From IMG/VR virus record IMGVR_UViG_3300046463_000793: DNA of 64,000 nt. The stretch is one strand, 5' to 3'. Each line of letters starts with the position of its first letter. The stretch's first letter is position 1. This document shows positions 16,859 to 26,391 of the stretch, one piece after another. A model generated the notes under the pieces. That model worked only from the letters and a program-made list of their open reading frames with translations. It was not told the DNA's origin and ran no database searches. Both the position numbers and the translations under genes were made by a program. Source of the DNA: an uncultured virus (IMG/VR IMGVR_UViG_3300046463_000793). Its lineage: Duplodnaviria > Heunggongvirae > Uroviricota > Caudoviricetes.

Positions 16859-17058
16859 TGCCCAACCATGAGCCGATCATCCAGTTTTTTGCCTTCAGCC
16901 ATTTGCCGCTCGATCTACAGACGGTCAGCCGGCCGTTCTGCGATCTGGCGATCAGCGTCGTCGACACGCTGCCGCGCAACCCCGAGCGGACGGTGGCGCT
17001 GCGCAAGCTGCTCGAGGCGAAGGATGCCGCGGTGCGGGCTAAGCTCTACGCAGACTGA
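16858..17058 (+). CDS. conserved small phage helical-hairpin protein
   Basis: FFAFSHLP..LQTVSRPF...PERTVALRKLLEAKDAAVRA. Confidence 0.7.
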   Translation: MPNHEPIIQFFAFSHLPLDLQTVSRPFCDLAISVVDTLPRNPERTVALRKLLEAKDAAVRAKLYAD

Positions 17059-17187
17059 CAGCCAAGAGCCCGACAGGGTGAGGCTGGAGGGTGGCACTGC
17101 GTCTGGTCTCGACGAACACCCGGCGCAGGCGACCACCTAGTGACCACGCTGGACGACTGGCGCCGCGTTTTGAACGGAGGACGCCCC

Positions 17188-17376
17188 ATGCCGCTCGGTT
17201 TCATCTTCTGGTTGCTCATGTTGCTGGCTGTCGTGTTCTACGTGGTTGGCTACTGGGGGCCCTACGCACAGAACCCGCACTGGCCGCGGTTCAACGGCAT
17301 CTGGGTGTTTGTCTTGCTCGCGCTGCTCGGGTGGGCAGTGTTTGGGTTCGCCGTCCAAGGGCCGGGCCTGCGATGA
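17188..17376 (+). CDS. small two-TM membrane protein
   Basis: Two hydrophobic helices; GGAGG RBS. Confidence 0.7.
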   Translation: MPLGFIFWLLMLLAVVFYVVGYWGPYAQNPHWPRFNGIWVFVLLALLGWAVFGFAVQGPGLR

Positions 17377-17543
17377 GTCCGCTCGCGCTCATCCTGATCG
17401 TGCTGGTGATCCTGCTGCTGTTCGGCGGTGGGTATGGCTACCGCAGCGGCTGGCACACCGGCCCCTACTACGGTCCCGGCATCGGCATCGTCGGCATCTT
17501 GGTCGTCGTGCTGCTGATCCTGCTGCTGATGGGGCGTATCTAA
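17373..17543 (+). CDS. DUF3309-like small membrane protein
   Basis: LILIVLVILLLFGG...YYGPGIGIVGILVVVLLILLLMGRI. Confidence 0.75.
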   Translation: MSPLALILIVLVILLLFGGGYGYRSGWHTGPYYGPGIGIVGILVVVLLILLLMGRI

Positions 17544-17544
17544 A

Positions 17545-18183
17545 TTGAGCGGCAACACCTCGGCGACCGGCGGCTACGTCAACGACATCCCGCCGCCGCC
17601 GGCCACCGGCGAGGAGATCACCGCGGCGCTGCAGACCATGATCGCGACGCTCGGGGGCCTGCCCGGCAATCTGGTGCGACCCCGCTGGCAGCCGATGCCG
17701 CCCACACAGCCCCCTGCGGAGGTCACCTGGGCCTCTGTGGGCATTACCAGGACCGAGGCGGACGATTACCCCTTCCTGCTGCACGACGGCGCCACGCAGC
17801 TTGTGGGGGCCGCGGGGCCGGGGGTGGATCGGATGCAGCGGCATAGCACCATCACGGTGATCGCCACCTTCTACGGGCCGCAGGCGGAGATGGTCGCGGG
17901 GGCGTGGCGCGACGCGCTCTACATCCAGCAAAACTGGGAACCGCTGTTTGCGCTCGGGCTGAAGTTCCGGGATATCCAGGATCTCGCCCGGGTGCCCGAG
18001 CTGATCAACCAGCAATGGGTCGACCGGTTCGACGTGCAGCTCGGCCTGCGTCGCCAGATCGATCGCGTCTATCCGATCCTGAACCTGGACGGCGCCGATG
18101 CGGTGTTGCGGCGCGCCGCCCCGGACGGCACCACCGACGTGACGGCTGTGAGCGTGCGCGAGGATACGGAGGTGCGACCATGA
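17545..18183 (+). CDS. tail completion / neck terminator protein
   Basis: NTSATGGY, LVRPRWQP, FYGP, PELINQQWVDRFD motifs. Confidence 0.8.
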   Translation: MSGNTSATGGYVNDIPPPPATGEEITAALQTMIATLGGLPGNLVRPRWQPMPPTQPPAEVTWASVGITRTEADDYPFLLHDGATQLVGAAGPGVDRMQRHSTITVIATFYGPQAEMVAGAWRDALYIQQNWEPLFALGLKFRDIQDLARVPELINQQWVDRFDVQLGLRRQIDRVYPILNLDGADAVLRRAAPDGTTDVTAVSVREDTEVRP

Positions 18184-18398
18184 AAAGGCGCGTTGCGCTG
18201 ACCCAGATCGGCGACGCCACGATCTCGACAGTGTTGCTGGCGTATCACGAGCCGCCCGAGTGGGAAACCATGGTCTTCGGTGGGCGATTCAATCGCGCCG
18301 CGGAGCGCTACGACTCCCGGGACGCCGCCGAGTATGGGCACAACGCCTGGGTGGGTAGGATCACGCGCACCCGGCTGCCTGTGCAGCGCGCGCCATGA
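18180..18398 (+). CDS. small hypothetical phage protein
   Basis: ISTVLL...WETMVFGG...RY...A..GH pattern; ATGA coupling. Confidence 0.65.
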   Translation: MKRRVALTQIGDATISTVLLAYHEPPEWETMVFGGRFNRAAERYDSRDAAEYGHNAWVGRITRTRLPVQRAP

Positions 18399-18760
18399 CG
18401 CCGGGCAAGCTGGCGCTGAGCCTGTATCGCGGCGACAGCTACCGGTGGTCGTTCCTGCTGTGGACCGATGCTGCGAAAACCATCCCGGCTGATCTGACCG
18501 GGGTGATCGCCAAGGCCGAGATCCGCGATAAGCCGGGCGGCAATATGATCGTGCCGACGGTGTGCGCCGTGGTGCTGCCCAACACCATCACCATGGTGCT
18601 GGACGCGCTCGACAGCCAGCTGCTGCCGCCGGCCGGGGTGTGGGATCTGCAACTGACCTACCCGACCGGCGAGGTGGCGACGGTGCTGGCGGGGGCGGTG
18701 ACGACGACGGCGGATGTGACCGACAGCGCGACCAGCCGGATGCTGCGCAGCGTCGCATGA
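18395..18760 (+). CDS. BppU-like Ig-fold virion adaptor
   Basis: YRGDSY, DLTG..AKAEIR, GVWDLQLT, DVT motifs. Confidence 0.65.
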   Translation: MTPGKLALSLYRGDSYRWSFLLWTDAAKTIPADLTGVIAKAEIRDKPGGNMIVPTVCAVVLPNTITMVLDALDSQLLPPAGVWDLQLTYPTGEVATVLAGAVTTTADVTDSATSRMLRSVA

Positions 18761-19290
18761 GCGACACCATCATCGTGGATGTGGTCGCGGTCGAGGCGAA
18801 TGCGCTGACCGTTGACGTGGTGACGCCCGCGCCCGTCGCGCTGGTGGTCGATGTGATCGCGCCCGCGCCGGCCGTTGTGGTGGTCGAGGTGGGCGCCTGG
18901 GGCAGCGTGCCGGTGGGCTACCCGCAGCTGCCCGTGGAGCTCCAGCAGCTACCGGTGACCTTCCCGTTCGGCGGCAAGCCGATCGCAGGCACGGTGGTCA
19001 ATGTGCCGCTGGGGTTCTCGCTGATCGTGCCACCCGGCCTCGTCGGCACCGTCAGCTATGCGGCCGTGGCGCCGACAGCCGACGCGGTGTTCATGCTCAA
19101 CCGGCTCGATGCCAGCGGCGCGCTCACCAACCTGGGCAGCATCGTCCTGACCGCATCCGGCGACGACATTCTGGTCGGCAACGGCGGCACGCTGGCGGTG
19201 GGTGAGGTGTTGCAGCTTGCCACACCCGCGACGCAGGACCCGACGCTGTCGGATGTCGGCATCACAGTGATCACTGAAAGGGTGCAATGA
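18757..19290 (+). CDS. putative virion structural protein
   Basis: Val-rich N-terminus, beta-rich C-terminus ending PATQDPTLSDVGIT. Confidence 0.6.
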   Translation: MSDTIIVDVVAVEANALTVDVVTPAPVALVVDVIAPAPAVVVVEVGAWGSVPVGYPQLPVELQQLPVTFPFGGKPIAGTVVNVPLGFSLIVPPGLVGTVSYAAVAPTADAVFMLNRLDASGALTNLGSIVLTASGDDILVGNGGTLAVGEVLQLATPATQDPTLSDVGITVITERVQ

Positions 19291-19291
19291 A

Positions 19292-19675
19292 ATGACGATG
19301 CAATACGGCACTGCGCTGCGCACTGCTCAGGTCGGTCAAATCCAGACTCAGGTCAGCACCGCTGGGACGTTGATTATCTACTCTGGCGCTCAGCCTGCCA
19401 ACTGCGCAGCGGCTGATCCAGCCGGGGTGTTATGCACCATCACCCTGCCAGCGGCGTTCCTGACCAGTTCGGGCGGTGTGACTACGCTGGTCGGCACGTG
19501 GAGTAACACAGCCTCAGCTACTGGCACAGCGGCATCGTTCCGCATCAAGGACGGCAGTGCGGTGTGTCATGTGCAGGGAAACGTCACGACCGATCTGATC
19601 CTTAACAACACGAGCATCACCTCGGGCCAGACCGTCACTGTGACGCAGTTCAGCGTGACCGCTGGCAATCCGTAA
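19292..19675 (+). CDS. putative virion appendage protein
   Basis: IYSGAQP...GTAASFRI...LNNTSITSGQTV pattern. Confidence 0.7.
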   Translation: MTMQYGTALRTAQVGQIQTQVSTAGTLIIYSGAQPANCAAADPAGVLCTITLPAAFLTSSGGVTTLVGTWSNTASATGTAASFRIKDGSAVCHVQGNVTTDLILNNTSITSGQTVTVTQFSVTAGNP

Positions 19676-19697
19676 TCCGCGCGCGGGATAACCCGCG

Positions 19698-22600
19698 ATG
19701 GCCGTCCAAACGATCTACCTGCTCGGCACCACAGGGGTCACACCGAACTTTTGGGGGAACACTCAGCTTAACGGATCGGCGCCTGCGGTGGCGACCACAG
19801 CGTTTGGCTGGGTGCCGTCACGCACCGCGATCACTACGCCTTACTATCGCGGGCGTCTAGGCGCGACAGCAGGCGCTACAGCGGCCCAGGCGGCGAGCTA
19901 TAATACCGCTGCCACCGGCCCGGCACCGGGCACCGGCTCGGGTATCACGACAGCAGGCGACAGCTTCATCGCGGGGCCGTTCTACGGCACCTTTGCCAAC
20001 ACCAACTGGACATTCAATTGTAACTTGCGCGCCACTACGGCGGGGTGTGTCGGTCATATCAATATGCGGATGTGGCGCGGCACTAACGCGACAGGTGCAG
20101 GCGCCACCGCAGCTACTGGTAACCTCACTGGCGCCACCGTTACGCTCAGCACGACCGCTGACACCAACAGTTCGGTCACGTCATGGTCGCCCGGCGCGAT
20201 GACGCTGGTCAATGAGTATCTGTTCTTCCAGATCGAGTGGCAGGAAACCACGGTTGGCGGCACCAACAACGACAACGTGTTTTTCCGCACCAATACATCC
20301 TCGATCACCACGGCGGATTTTATTGCGGCGGCGGTTGGCACGCTGGCGCTTACCCAACAAGCACAAGGTATCGCGGCAACCGGCAGCGTGCCTGTCGTTG
20401 GCGCGCTCGCGATCACCGAGACGCCTGACCCACTGGTCGGCGCCGGAACCGTCTCCGGTGGTCTGCCACCAATCACGGGTGCGGTGGGTGGCGCGCCTGA
20501 TACCAACACCGTGCTGCTGGTGCATGCCGACGGCACCAACGGTTCGACCAGTTTCACTGACGCGTCGTCGTATGCTCATACGCTGACGGCGGTGAGCACC
20601 GCGCAGGTTACCACGAGCAGTTCCAAGTTCGGCACCGGTAGTGCCAAGTTCGACGGCGACACAGCCTCCTACATCGACACCGGTAACGCCACCGACTTCA
20701 ACTTCGGCTCCGGGCAGTTTACGGTTGAACTCTGGGCTTATTACACGTCCGCCACAGCGACCGGAGGGTCTGGACAATATAGATCGGCCGTTTCTAAGTG
20801 GGGACCAGAGGGGGTCGATAGCTGGTGGTTCGGCAACGGCAACGCCAGTGACCTAGGTTTCCTCTGGTCTACAAGTGGCGTTTATGACGGCACTAAATGG
20901 CTTTCCGGTTCTTTCGTTCCCACACTTAATACTTGGTATCATATTGCGGTCGACCGTGACGCATCCAACCTCATTAGAATTTATGTCAACGGCGCAGTTA
21001 TCGCATCGCAAACCGTCACAGATTTTCTCTACGCATCAACGCAAACCTGCGCCATCGGCGATGATAAGGGTGGTAATCCAGACGGCTTCCCAGGTTATCT
21101 CGACGAGGTTCGTGTTTCCAATGTCGCGCGCTATGCTGGTGCGTTCACCCCACCGATCGCGCCGTTTACCGTCTCCGGACCACTCGCGCAGGCTGCCCAG
21201 ACACTGTCGGCAGCGGGCACGGTTCTTTCTGGTATCACTGGCGGCCTCGGCCCTTCGGTCCCGGCCTACACCGTGCTGTTGCTGCACTTTGACGGGCCGA
21301 ACAACTCGACAACGTTCACCGACGACTCATTCAGCGCACATCCACTGACCTCAGTGGCGGGTGCGTTCAATTCCGCTGGCACCACCATGTTCGGCAGTCC
21401 TGGGGCGCTGTTCCTTCCGGGTGGCGCATCTTCGGTCAGCGCCGGTGTGTCGGAGGATTTTCACTTTGGTGCTGGGCCGTTCACCATCGAAGCATGGTGT
21501 ATGTTTTTCTCGAACGCTGTCGATATTATTGCTACACAAGGCGACTTGGACAATCCAGCGGGCGACCTCGGGTGGAGTTTCTTTACCAACTCCGGTAACC
21601 TTGGGTTTGCTTTCACCACGAACGGAACGAATTTCGGTGCCGCTTATGCGGCTTTCACTCCAACGCTTTATACGTGGTATCACCTAGCCGTCGATCGCGA
21701 CGCAACCAACACCCTGCGTATATACATCAATGGTGTCGTGGGCACCAGTTCGCCGTCATTTACTTACACGATATACCCATCGGCGCGTAACACCCTGATC
21801 GGTAACGATGCCATCAGTTCTAACTATGTTTTCAACGGTTACCTCGACGAGATCAGGATTACCAAGGGCTTTGCCCAATACGGTGGGGCGTTCACTCCGC
21901 CCGCCCAAGCGTTCCTGCCTGACTTCCCGATCAGTGGACTGACCCAGGCTAATCAGACGCTGCAAGCAGCGGGCACGGTCGGCTCGCCTGCGATCACTGG
22001 CACGCTGGCAATCACTGAGGCACCGGATGGCCTGACCGCAACCGGTCGTGTCGTCGTCGGTGGCACGCTTGTGCAACCCCAGGCGCCGCAGACCATCGTC
22101 GGTAATGCTGGCGTCACTGTTGGCGCCGCACTGTCGGTCACCGAGGCGCCTGATCCGCTGACCGGCACCGCGCGCGTCGTCGTTGGTGGCACGCTCACGG
22201 TTTCTGAATCTCCCGATGCGCTGGCGGGGCAAGCCTCGGTCGGCTTCCCGCTGATCACGGCCGCGCTGTCACTCACCCAGGCGTCGCAGGGCGTGGTTGC
22301 CGCTGGCGGACCGGTCGCGGGCGCCGCGCTGGCGCAGCCCCAGGCCGCGCAGACTATCGTTGGCCACGCGGGTTCCACGGTCACTGGCACGCTCACCCAG
22401 CCCCAGGCGCCACAGACGCTGATCGGGGCAGGCGGCGCCACGGTCAGCGGCACGCTCACCCAGCCCCAGGCGCCACAGACCATCGTCGCGGCCGGTGGGC
22501 CACGCGTCGGCGGCACGCTGTCGATCAGCGAGACCACGGACGGGCTGGCAGCCACTGCAACCGTGACGGTGCGCGGCACGCTGGCGGCGCCCCAGGCGGC

Positions 22601-23117
22601 GCAGACGCTGCTCGCGGCTGGCTCGGTGCTGTCGGGTGTCGGTGGCGGGCTGGCCCAGACGCAGGACCCCCAGACGCTCCAGGGGGCCGCCTACGCCACC
22701 CCGGTGTGTGTCGGTGCCCTGAACCTCACCCAAGCCCCACAGGCGCTTGTGGCGGGCGGCGGGTCGGTGGTTGCGGGCCACCTCACGGCCAGCCAGGACG
22801 CGCAGACGCTGACCGGCCACGCCGGGCCGGTGGCGGGCGCCACGCTGACCGCCACTCAGGCACCGCAGACCCTCGCTGGCGTCGCCAACGGCGCCGCGAT
22901 GGGCCGTCTCGTGGCCACCCAGGTCGACCAGAGCTTCACCGGCCGCGCCACGCTGACCGTTGGCGCCGTGCTGGCGCTGTTGCAGGACAGCGAGATCATC
23001 ACCGCACGCGGCCACAGCGACATTGCGGCCGCGCTGCATCTGACCCAGGCGGCGCAACGCCTGTCGGCCAGCGGGACCACCGGCTACGTGCAGACCCGCG
23101 CACTGCTGATGGCTTAG
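19698..23117 (+). CDS. appendage protein with two LamG/concanavalin-like domains and a 21-aa repeat stalk
   Basis: Two copies of LL(V/L)HxDG...FT(V/I)ExW...WYH(I/L)AV...GYLDE(V/I)R; many GTLxQxQAxQTLxG repeats. Confidence 0.8.
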   Translation: MAVQTIYLLGTTGVTPNFWGNTQLNGSAPAVATTAFGWVPSRTAITTPYYRGRLGATAGATAAQAASYNTAATGPAPGTGSGITTAGDSFIAGPFYGTFANTNWTFNCNLRATTAGCVGHINMRMWRGTNATGAGATAATGNLTGATVTLSTTADTNSSVTSWSPGAMTLVNEYLFFQIEWQETTVGGTNNDNVFFRTNTSSITTADFIAAAVGTLALTQQAQGIAATGSVPVVGALAITETPDPLVGAGTVSGGLPPITGAVGGAPDTNTVLLVHADGTNGSTSFTDASSYAHTLTAVSTAQVTTSSSKFGTGSAKFDGDTASYIDTGNATDFNFGSGQFTVELWAYYTSATATGGSGQYRSAVSKWGPEGVDSWWFGNGNASDLGFLWSTSGVYDGTKWLSGSFVPTLNTWYHIAVDRDASNLIRIYVNGAVIASQTVTDFLYASTQTCAIGDDKGGNPDGFPGYLDEVRVSNVARYAGAFTPPIAPFTVSGPLAQAAQTLSAAGTVLSGITGGLGPSVPAYTVLLLHFDGPNNSTTFTDDSFSAHPLTSVAGAFNSAGTTMFGSPGALFLPGGASSVSAGVSEDFHFGAGPFTIEAWCMFFSNAVDIIATQGDLDNPAGDLGWSFFTNSGNLGFAFTTNGTNFGAAYAAFTPTLYTWYHLAVDRDATNTLRIYINGVVGTSSPSFTYTIYPSARNTLIGNDAISSNYVFNGYLDEIRITKGFAQYGGAFTPPAQAFLPDFPISGLTQANQTLQAAGTVGSPAITGTLAITEAPDGLTATGRVVVGGTLVQPQAPQTIVGNAGVTVGAALSVTEAPDPLTGTARVVVGGTLTVSESPDALAGQASVGFPLITAALSLTQASQGVVAAGGPVAGAALAQPQAAQTIVGHAGSTVTGTLTQPQAPQTLIGAGGATVSGTLTQPQAPQTIVAAGGPRVGGTLSISETTDGLAATATVTVRGTLAAPQAAQTLLAAGSVLSGVGGGLAQTQDPQTLQGAAYATPVCVGALNLTQAPQALVAGGGSVVAGHLTASQDAQTLTGHAGPVAGATLTATQAPQTLAGVANGAAMGRLVATQVDQSFTGRATLTVGAVLALLQDSEIITARGHSDIAAALHLTQAAQRLSASGTTGYVQTRALLMA
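22386..22480 (+). repeat. exact 32-nt direct repeat at 63-nt period within the stalk repeats
   Basis: GGCACGCTCACCCAGCCCCAGGCGCCACAGAC at 22386 and 22449. Confidence 0.85.
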
Positions 23118-23611
23118 GTTGCCCTGACGTAAGCAGCGGACGCTTCGGCTGGGGTGTCGTAATGGCCAAGGCTGCTGTTCTTGCCGTTGCGCCGGATGAT
23201 CGCGCGGAACCGACCGTGGTCGAGATAGACCCCCTTTGGCAGCGCGCGGCCTCGGTTCGCCAAGCTATTCGCGCGGTTCTGTCCGTGGGTCGCTGATCGC
23301 AGATTCTTCCAGCGGTTGTCAGATGGGTCTCGATTGATGTGGTCCACTGTGTCGCCTGGATCGCGGCCGGTGACCAGCTTCCAGATGACACGATGGGCGC
23401 GCCAGCCCTGATCGTCGAGACGAACGACCCACCCCTTCGGGCGAAGGTGCCCGGCCATCTTTCCTGCCCATCGTCCGTTGTGGACCCAGTGACCGCGTCT
23501 GGTGGTGAAGTGGCGTGGGGGTCGGACACGCCAACGCAATACGCCGGTCCGACGGTTGTAGCTGAAGCACTCTCGCAGATACGTCGCTTTTGGTAGCTTA
23601 CGGGGAGCCAT
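23114..23611 (-). mobile_element. free-standing HNH homing endonuclease (HNH plus AP2-like C-terminus)
   Basis: AHRVIW, VDHINRDPSDNRWKNLR, PKGV, LGHYDTPAEASAAY; antisense to the tail operon. Confidence 0.85.
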
Positions 23612-23720
23612 TCGGCACCTCCATCACAGGTCCGTTGGTCAGAGCCGGTGGGGTGTTTGCGCACCCTCCCGGCTCGCTCTGGATCATACCGCAAATCCCT
23701 AGTATGTAAAGGAGCACGCT

Positions 23721-25592
23721 ATGCCGGGCTTGTCAGTCTCTGATGTAGTGAATGTCAGTATAAATATGAGCCCGCTGGCAGTTCCTCTACGGAATTTTGG
23801 GGCATTACTTATTGCCGGGCCATCGGTTGCGATCGACGTCAATGAGCGCATCCGGCAATACAGCACGCTGGATGGTGTCGCCGAGGATTTTGGATCCACC
23901 GCGCCGGAGTTCCTGGCGGCGGACTTGTTCTTCTCGCAGTCGCCGCAGCCGGCCGTGCTCTATGTCGGACGGTTCGCCCAGAACGGGTCGAACGCCATCC
24001 TGCATGGTGGCATCATGACCACATCGCAACAGGTCGCGCTGCAGAATCAGCTGAAGCTGGTCACCAACGGCACCATGCAAATCACCATCGACGGCACGGC
24101 GCACCTGTTGCAGGCCACCTCGGCGCATCTGACCGGCGGCACCTTCGCCCCGGTGGCGCAGGACGCGCTGGTGACGCAGCTGCAGGGCCTCGTCAACGGC
24201 GCGTTTGACATCACCATCGACGGCACGTTGCACCACGTGGCGGGGATCAATTTCTCCACCATGACCGGCACCGACACGCCGACCCGTCTGGCCAGCGCGG
24301 GCAGTCTGATCTCCACCGCGATGGCCAGCTATGGCACCGCGAGCTGGAACAATCAGCTCGGCGCGTTCGTGATTCGCAGCGCTACCACCGGCACCGCGTC
24401 CACCATCACCTACGCCAGCGCACCTGCCAGCGGCTCCGACATCTCAGCGATCATCCAGCTCACCGCGGCAACCGGTGCGCTGGCGCCACAGAACGGCACC
24501 ACGGGTATGGATTTCACCGGCATCACTAACCTGAACGGCGCGGCGACCATTGTTAACAACGCACTGACCGGCGGCAGCTGCTGGTTTGACGGCACGCGGT
24601 TCCACATCCAGTCGATTTCATCCGGCACCACCAGCACGATCAGCTACGCCAGTTCGTCCGGTCTCGGGCAAGACGTGTCGACGCCGATGAAGCTAACCCA
24701 GGCGGCGGGTGCTTCGGTGCCGGTCAACGGTATTGCAGCGGAAACGGCATTGCAGTGTGCCATCGCGCTGCGTGCACACCCGCAGTGGTATGGTCTGCAA
24801 TTTGCTCTGGTGAACGACATCAGCATTACCGACTATGTCAACGTGGCGCAGTTTATCGAGGGCTGCAGTCCGAGCTCCATTTTTGGCTACACCTCACAGG
24901 ACACTGCGGCGCTGGATCCGACGGTCAACGTCGACATCTTCAGTCAGATGAAGGCGCTGGGTTATACCCGCACGTTCGGTCAGTTCAGCAGCAACAGCAA
25001 ATATGCCTCGGCTTCTATGTATGGCCGGGCGTTCACCGTCGATTTTGAGGCCAGCAACACCGTCATCACGTTAAAATTCAAACAGGAGCCCGGCGTGTCG
25101 GGTGAGATCCTGACCGAGAACCAAGCTGCCGCGCTCAAGCTAAAGCGGGCCAACGTGTTCGTCTACTACAGCAACGACGTCGCCATCATCCAGGAGGGCG
25201 TGATGGCGAGCAGCATGTATTTCGACGAGCGGCACACCACCGACTGGCTGGCCAATCGCATCCAGACCGATCTGTTTAATGTGCTCTACACCTCGACCAC
25301 CAAAATCCCGCAAACCAACCAGGGCATCCACATCCTGGTGGCGACTGTGACCAATTCATTGCAGCAGGGCGTCATTAACGGGATGATTGCGCCCGGGCAG
25401 TGGAATGCCAGCGGGTTCGGCCAGATCGTCTATGGACAGATGCTGCCACTCGGCTACTACGTGTGGGCGCCGCTCGTGGAAAGTCAGCCGCAGGCTATCC
25501 GGGAGCAGCGCATCGCGCCGACCATCCAGTGTGCGATCAAACTGGCCGGCGCAGTTCATTTCGCTAACGTGATCGTAAACGTCAACCGCTAA
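23721..25592 (+). CDS. tail sheath protein (DUF3383-type)
   Basis: VSDVVNVSI, RNFG, ITLKFKQEPGV, KIPQT, KLAGAVH motifs. Confidence 0.9.
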   Translation: MPGLSVSDVVNVSINMSPLAVPLRNFGALLIAGPSVAIDVNERIRQYSTLDGVAEDFGSTAPEFLAADLFFSQSPQPAVLYVGRFAQNGSNAILHGGIMTTSQQVALQNQLKLVTNGTMQITIDGTAHLLQATSAHLTGGTFAPVAQDALVTQLQGLVNGAFDITIDGTLHHVAGINFSTMTGTDTPTRLASAGSLISTAMASYGTASWNNQLGAFVIRSATTGTASTITYASAPASGSDISAIIQLTAATGALAPQNGTTGMDFTGITNLNGAATIVNNALTGGSCWFDGTRFHIQSISSGTTSTISYASSSGLGQDVSTPMKLTQAAGASVPVNGIAAETALQCAIALRAHPQWYGLQFALVNDISITDYVNVAQFIEGCSPSSIFGYTSQDTAALDPTVNVDIFSQMKALGYTRTFGQFSSNSKYASASMYGRAFTVDFEASNTVITLKFKQEPGVSGEILTENQAAALKLKRANVFVYYSNDVAIIQEGVMASSMYFDERHTTDWLANRIQTDLFNVLYTSTTKIPQTNQGIHILVATVTNSLQQGVINGMIAPGQWNASGFGQIVYGQMLPLGYYVWAPLVESQPQAIREQRIAPTIQCAIKLAGAVHFANVIVNVNR

Positions 25593-25604
25593 AGGAGACG
25601 TCAA

Positions 25605-26165
25605 ATGCCGTTCGTTTCTGGCTTCCTTACCGTGCGTGAGCGCGGGCATCCCGGCAATGAGCTGCCGGGCGCTGAAGGTCCGACCGATCCCGGCTACGGG
25701 ATCAGCAGCGACCGTCCCGATCAGGGCTTGCCGCCGCCCCCTCCGGGCATCTGGCCGCCTCCGTCGCTCGGCAATCCCATCGTGCCGGTCGATCCCGGCT
25801 TCGGTGGCGGCATCCCGGTGCAGCCGGGCACGATCTGGCCGTCACCCGGCCGTCCGCCGCATCCCTCGCAGGGGTTGCCGGGCGGTGGTCACGTATCCGG
25901 CCAGCCGATCCCTGGCCAGCCGGCACGGCCTGACCAGGGGCTGCCGGGAAGCCAGCCAAAGCCTGACCAGGGGCTGCCGTCTGGTGGTGCGCGTCCTGAC
26001 CAGGGCCTGCCGGGTGGCAGCGGTGGACATCCCGACCAGGGGCTGCCGTCCAAGACATTTTGGATGTTGTGCTACTGTCCTTCGTTGGGATGGCGTTACG
26101 TTTCTGTCGACCCCTCGCTGGAAGTCGGCATGCCGCTGCCGCCGGCACCGGCACCTAAAGGCTAA
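25605..26165 (+). CDS. Pro/Gly-rich PDQGLP-repeat protein
   Basis: AAGGAG RBS; five PDQGLP copies plus one PSQGLP. Confidence 0.75.
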   Translation: MPFVSGFLTVRERGHPGNELPGAEGPTDPGYGISSDRPDQGLPPPPPGIWPPPSLGNPIVPVDPGFGGGIPVQPGTIWPSPGRPPHPSQGLPGGGHVSGQPIPGQPARPDQGLPGSQPKPDQGLPSGGARPDQGLPGGSGGHPDQGLPSKTFWMLCYCPSLGWRYVSVDPSLEVGMPLPPAPAPKG

Positions 26166-26175
26166 GTGACGTCCC

Positions 26176-26391
26176 GTGGCGACCGAACCTAGTAACGGGA
26201 ACGGTCGCCACGGGGTGATTGCAGGCATCAGCGACAAGCTGATCAAGGCACTCCCACCAGCATTTTTGTTGCTGGTGTTACTAAACATATGCTTCCTCGG
26301 TGTTGCGTCCTACGTGTTCGCGCACAACACCGAAGTTAGAAACACAATGATCACCAAGATCATTGAGAGCTGCCTAGCCAAGCACCCCTAG
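26176..26391 (+). CDS. small single-TM membrane protein
   Basis: ALPPAFLLLVLLNICFLG hydrophobic helix. Confidence 0.6.
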   Translation: MATEPSNGNGRHGVIAGISDKLIKALPPAFLLLVLLNICFLGVASYVFAHNTEVRNTMITKIIESCLAKHP

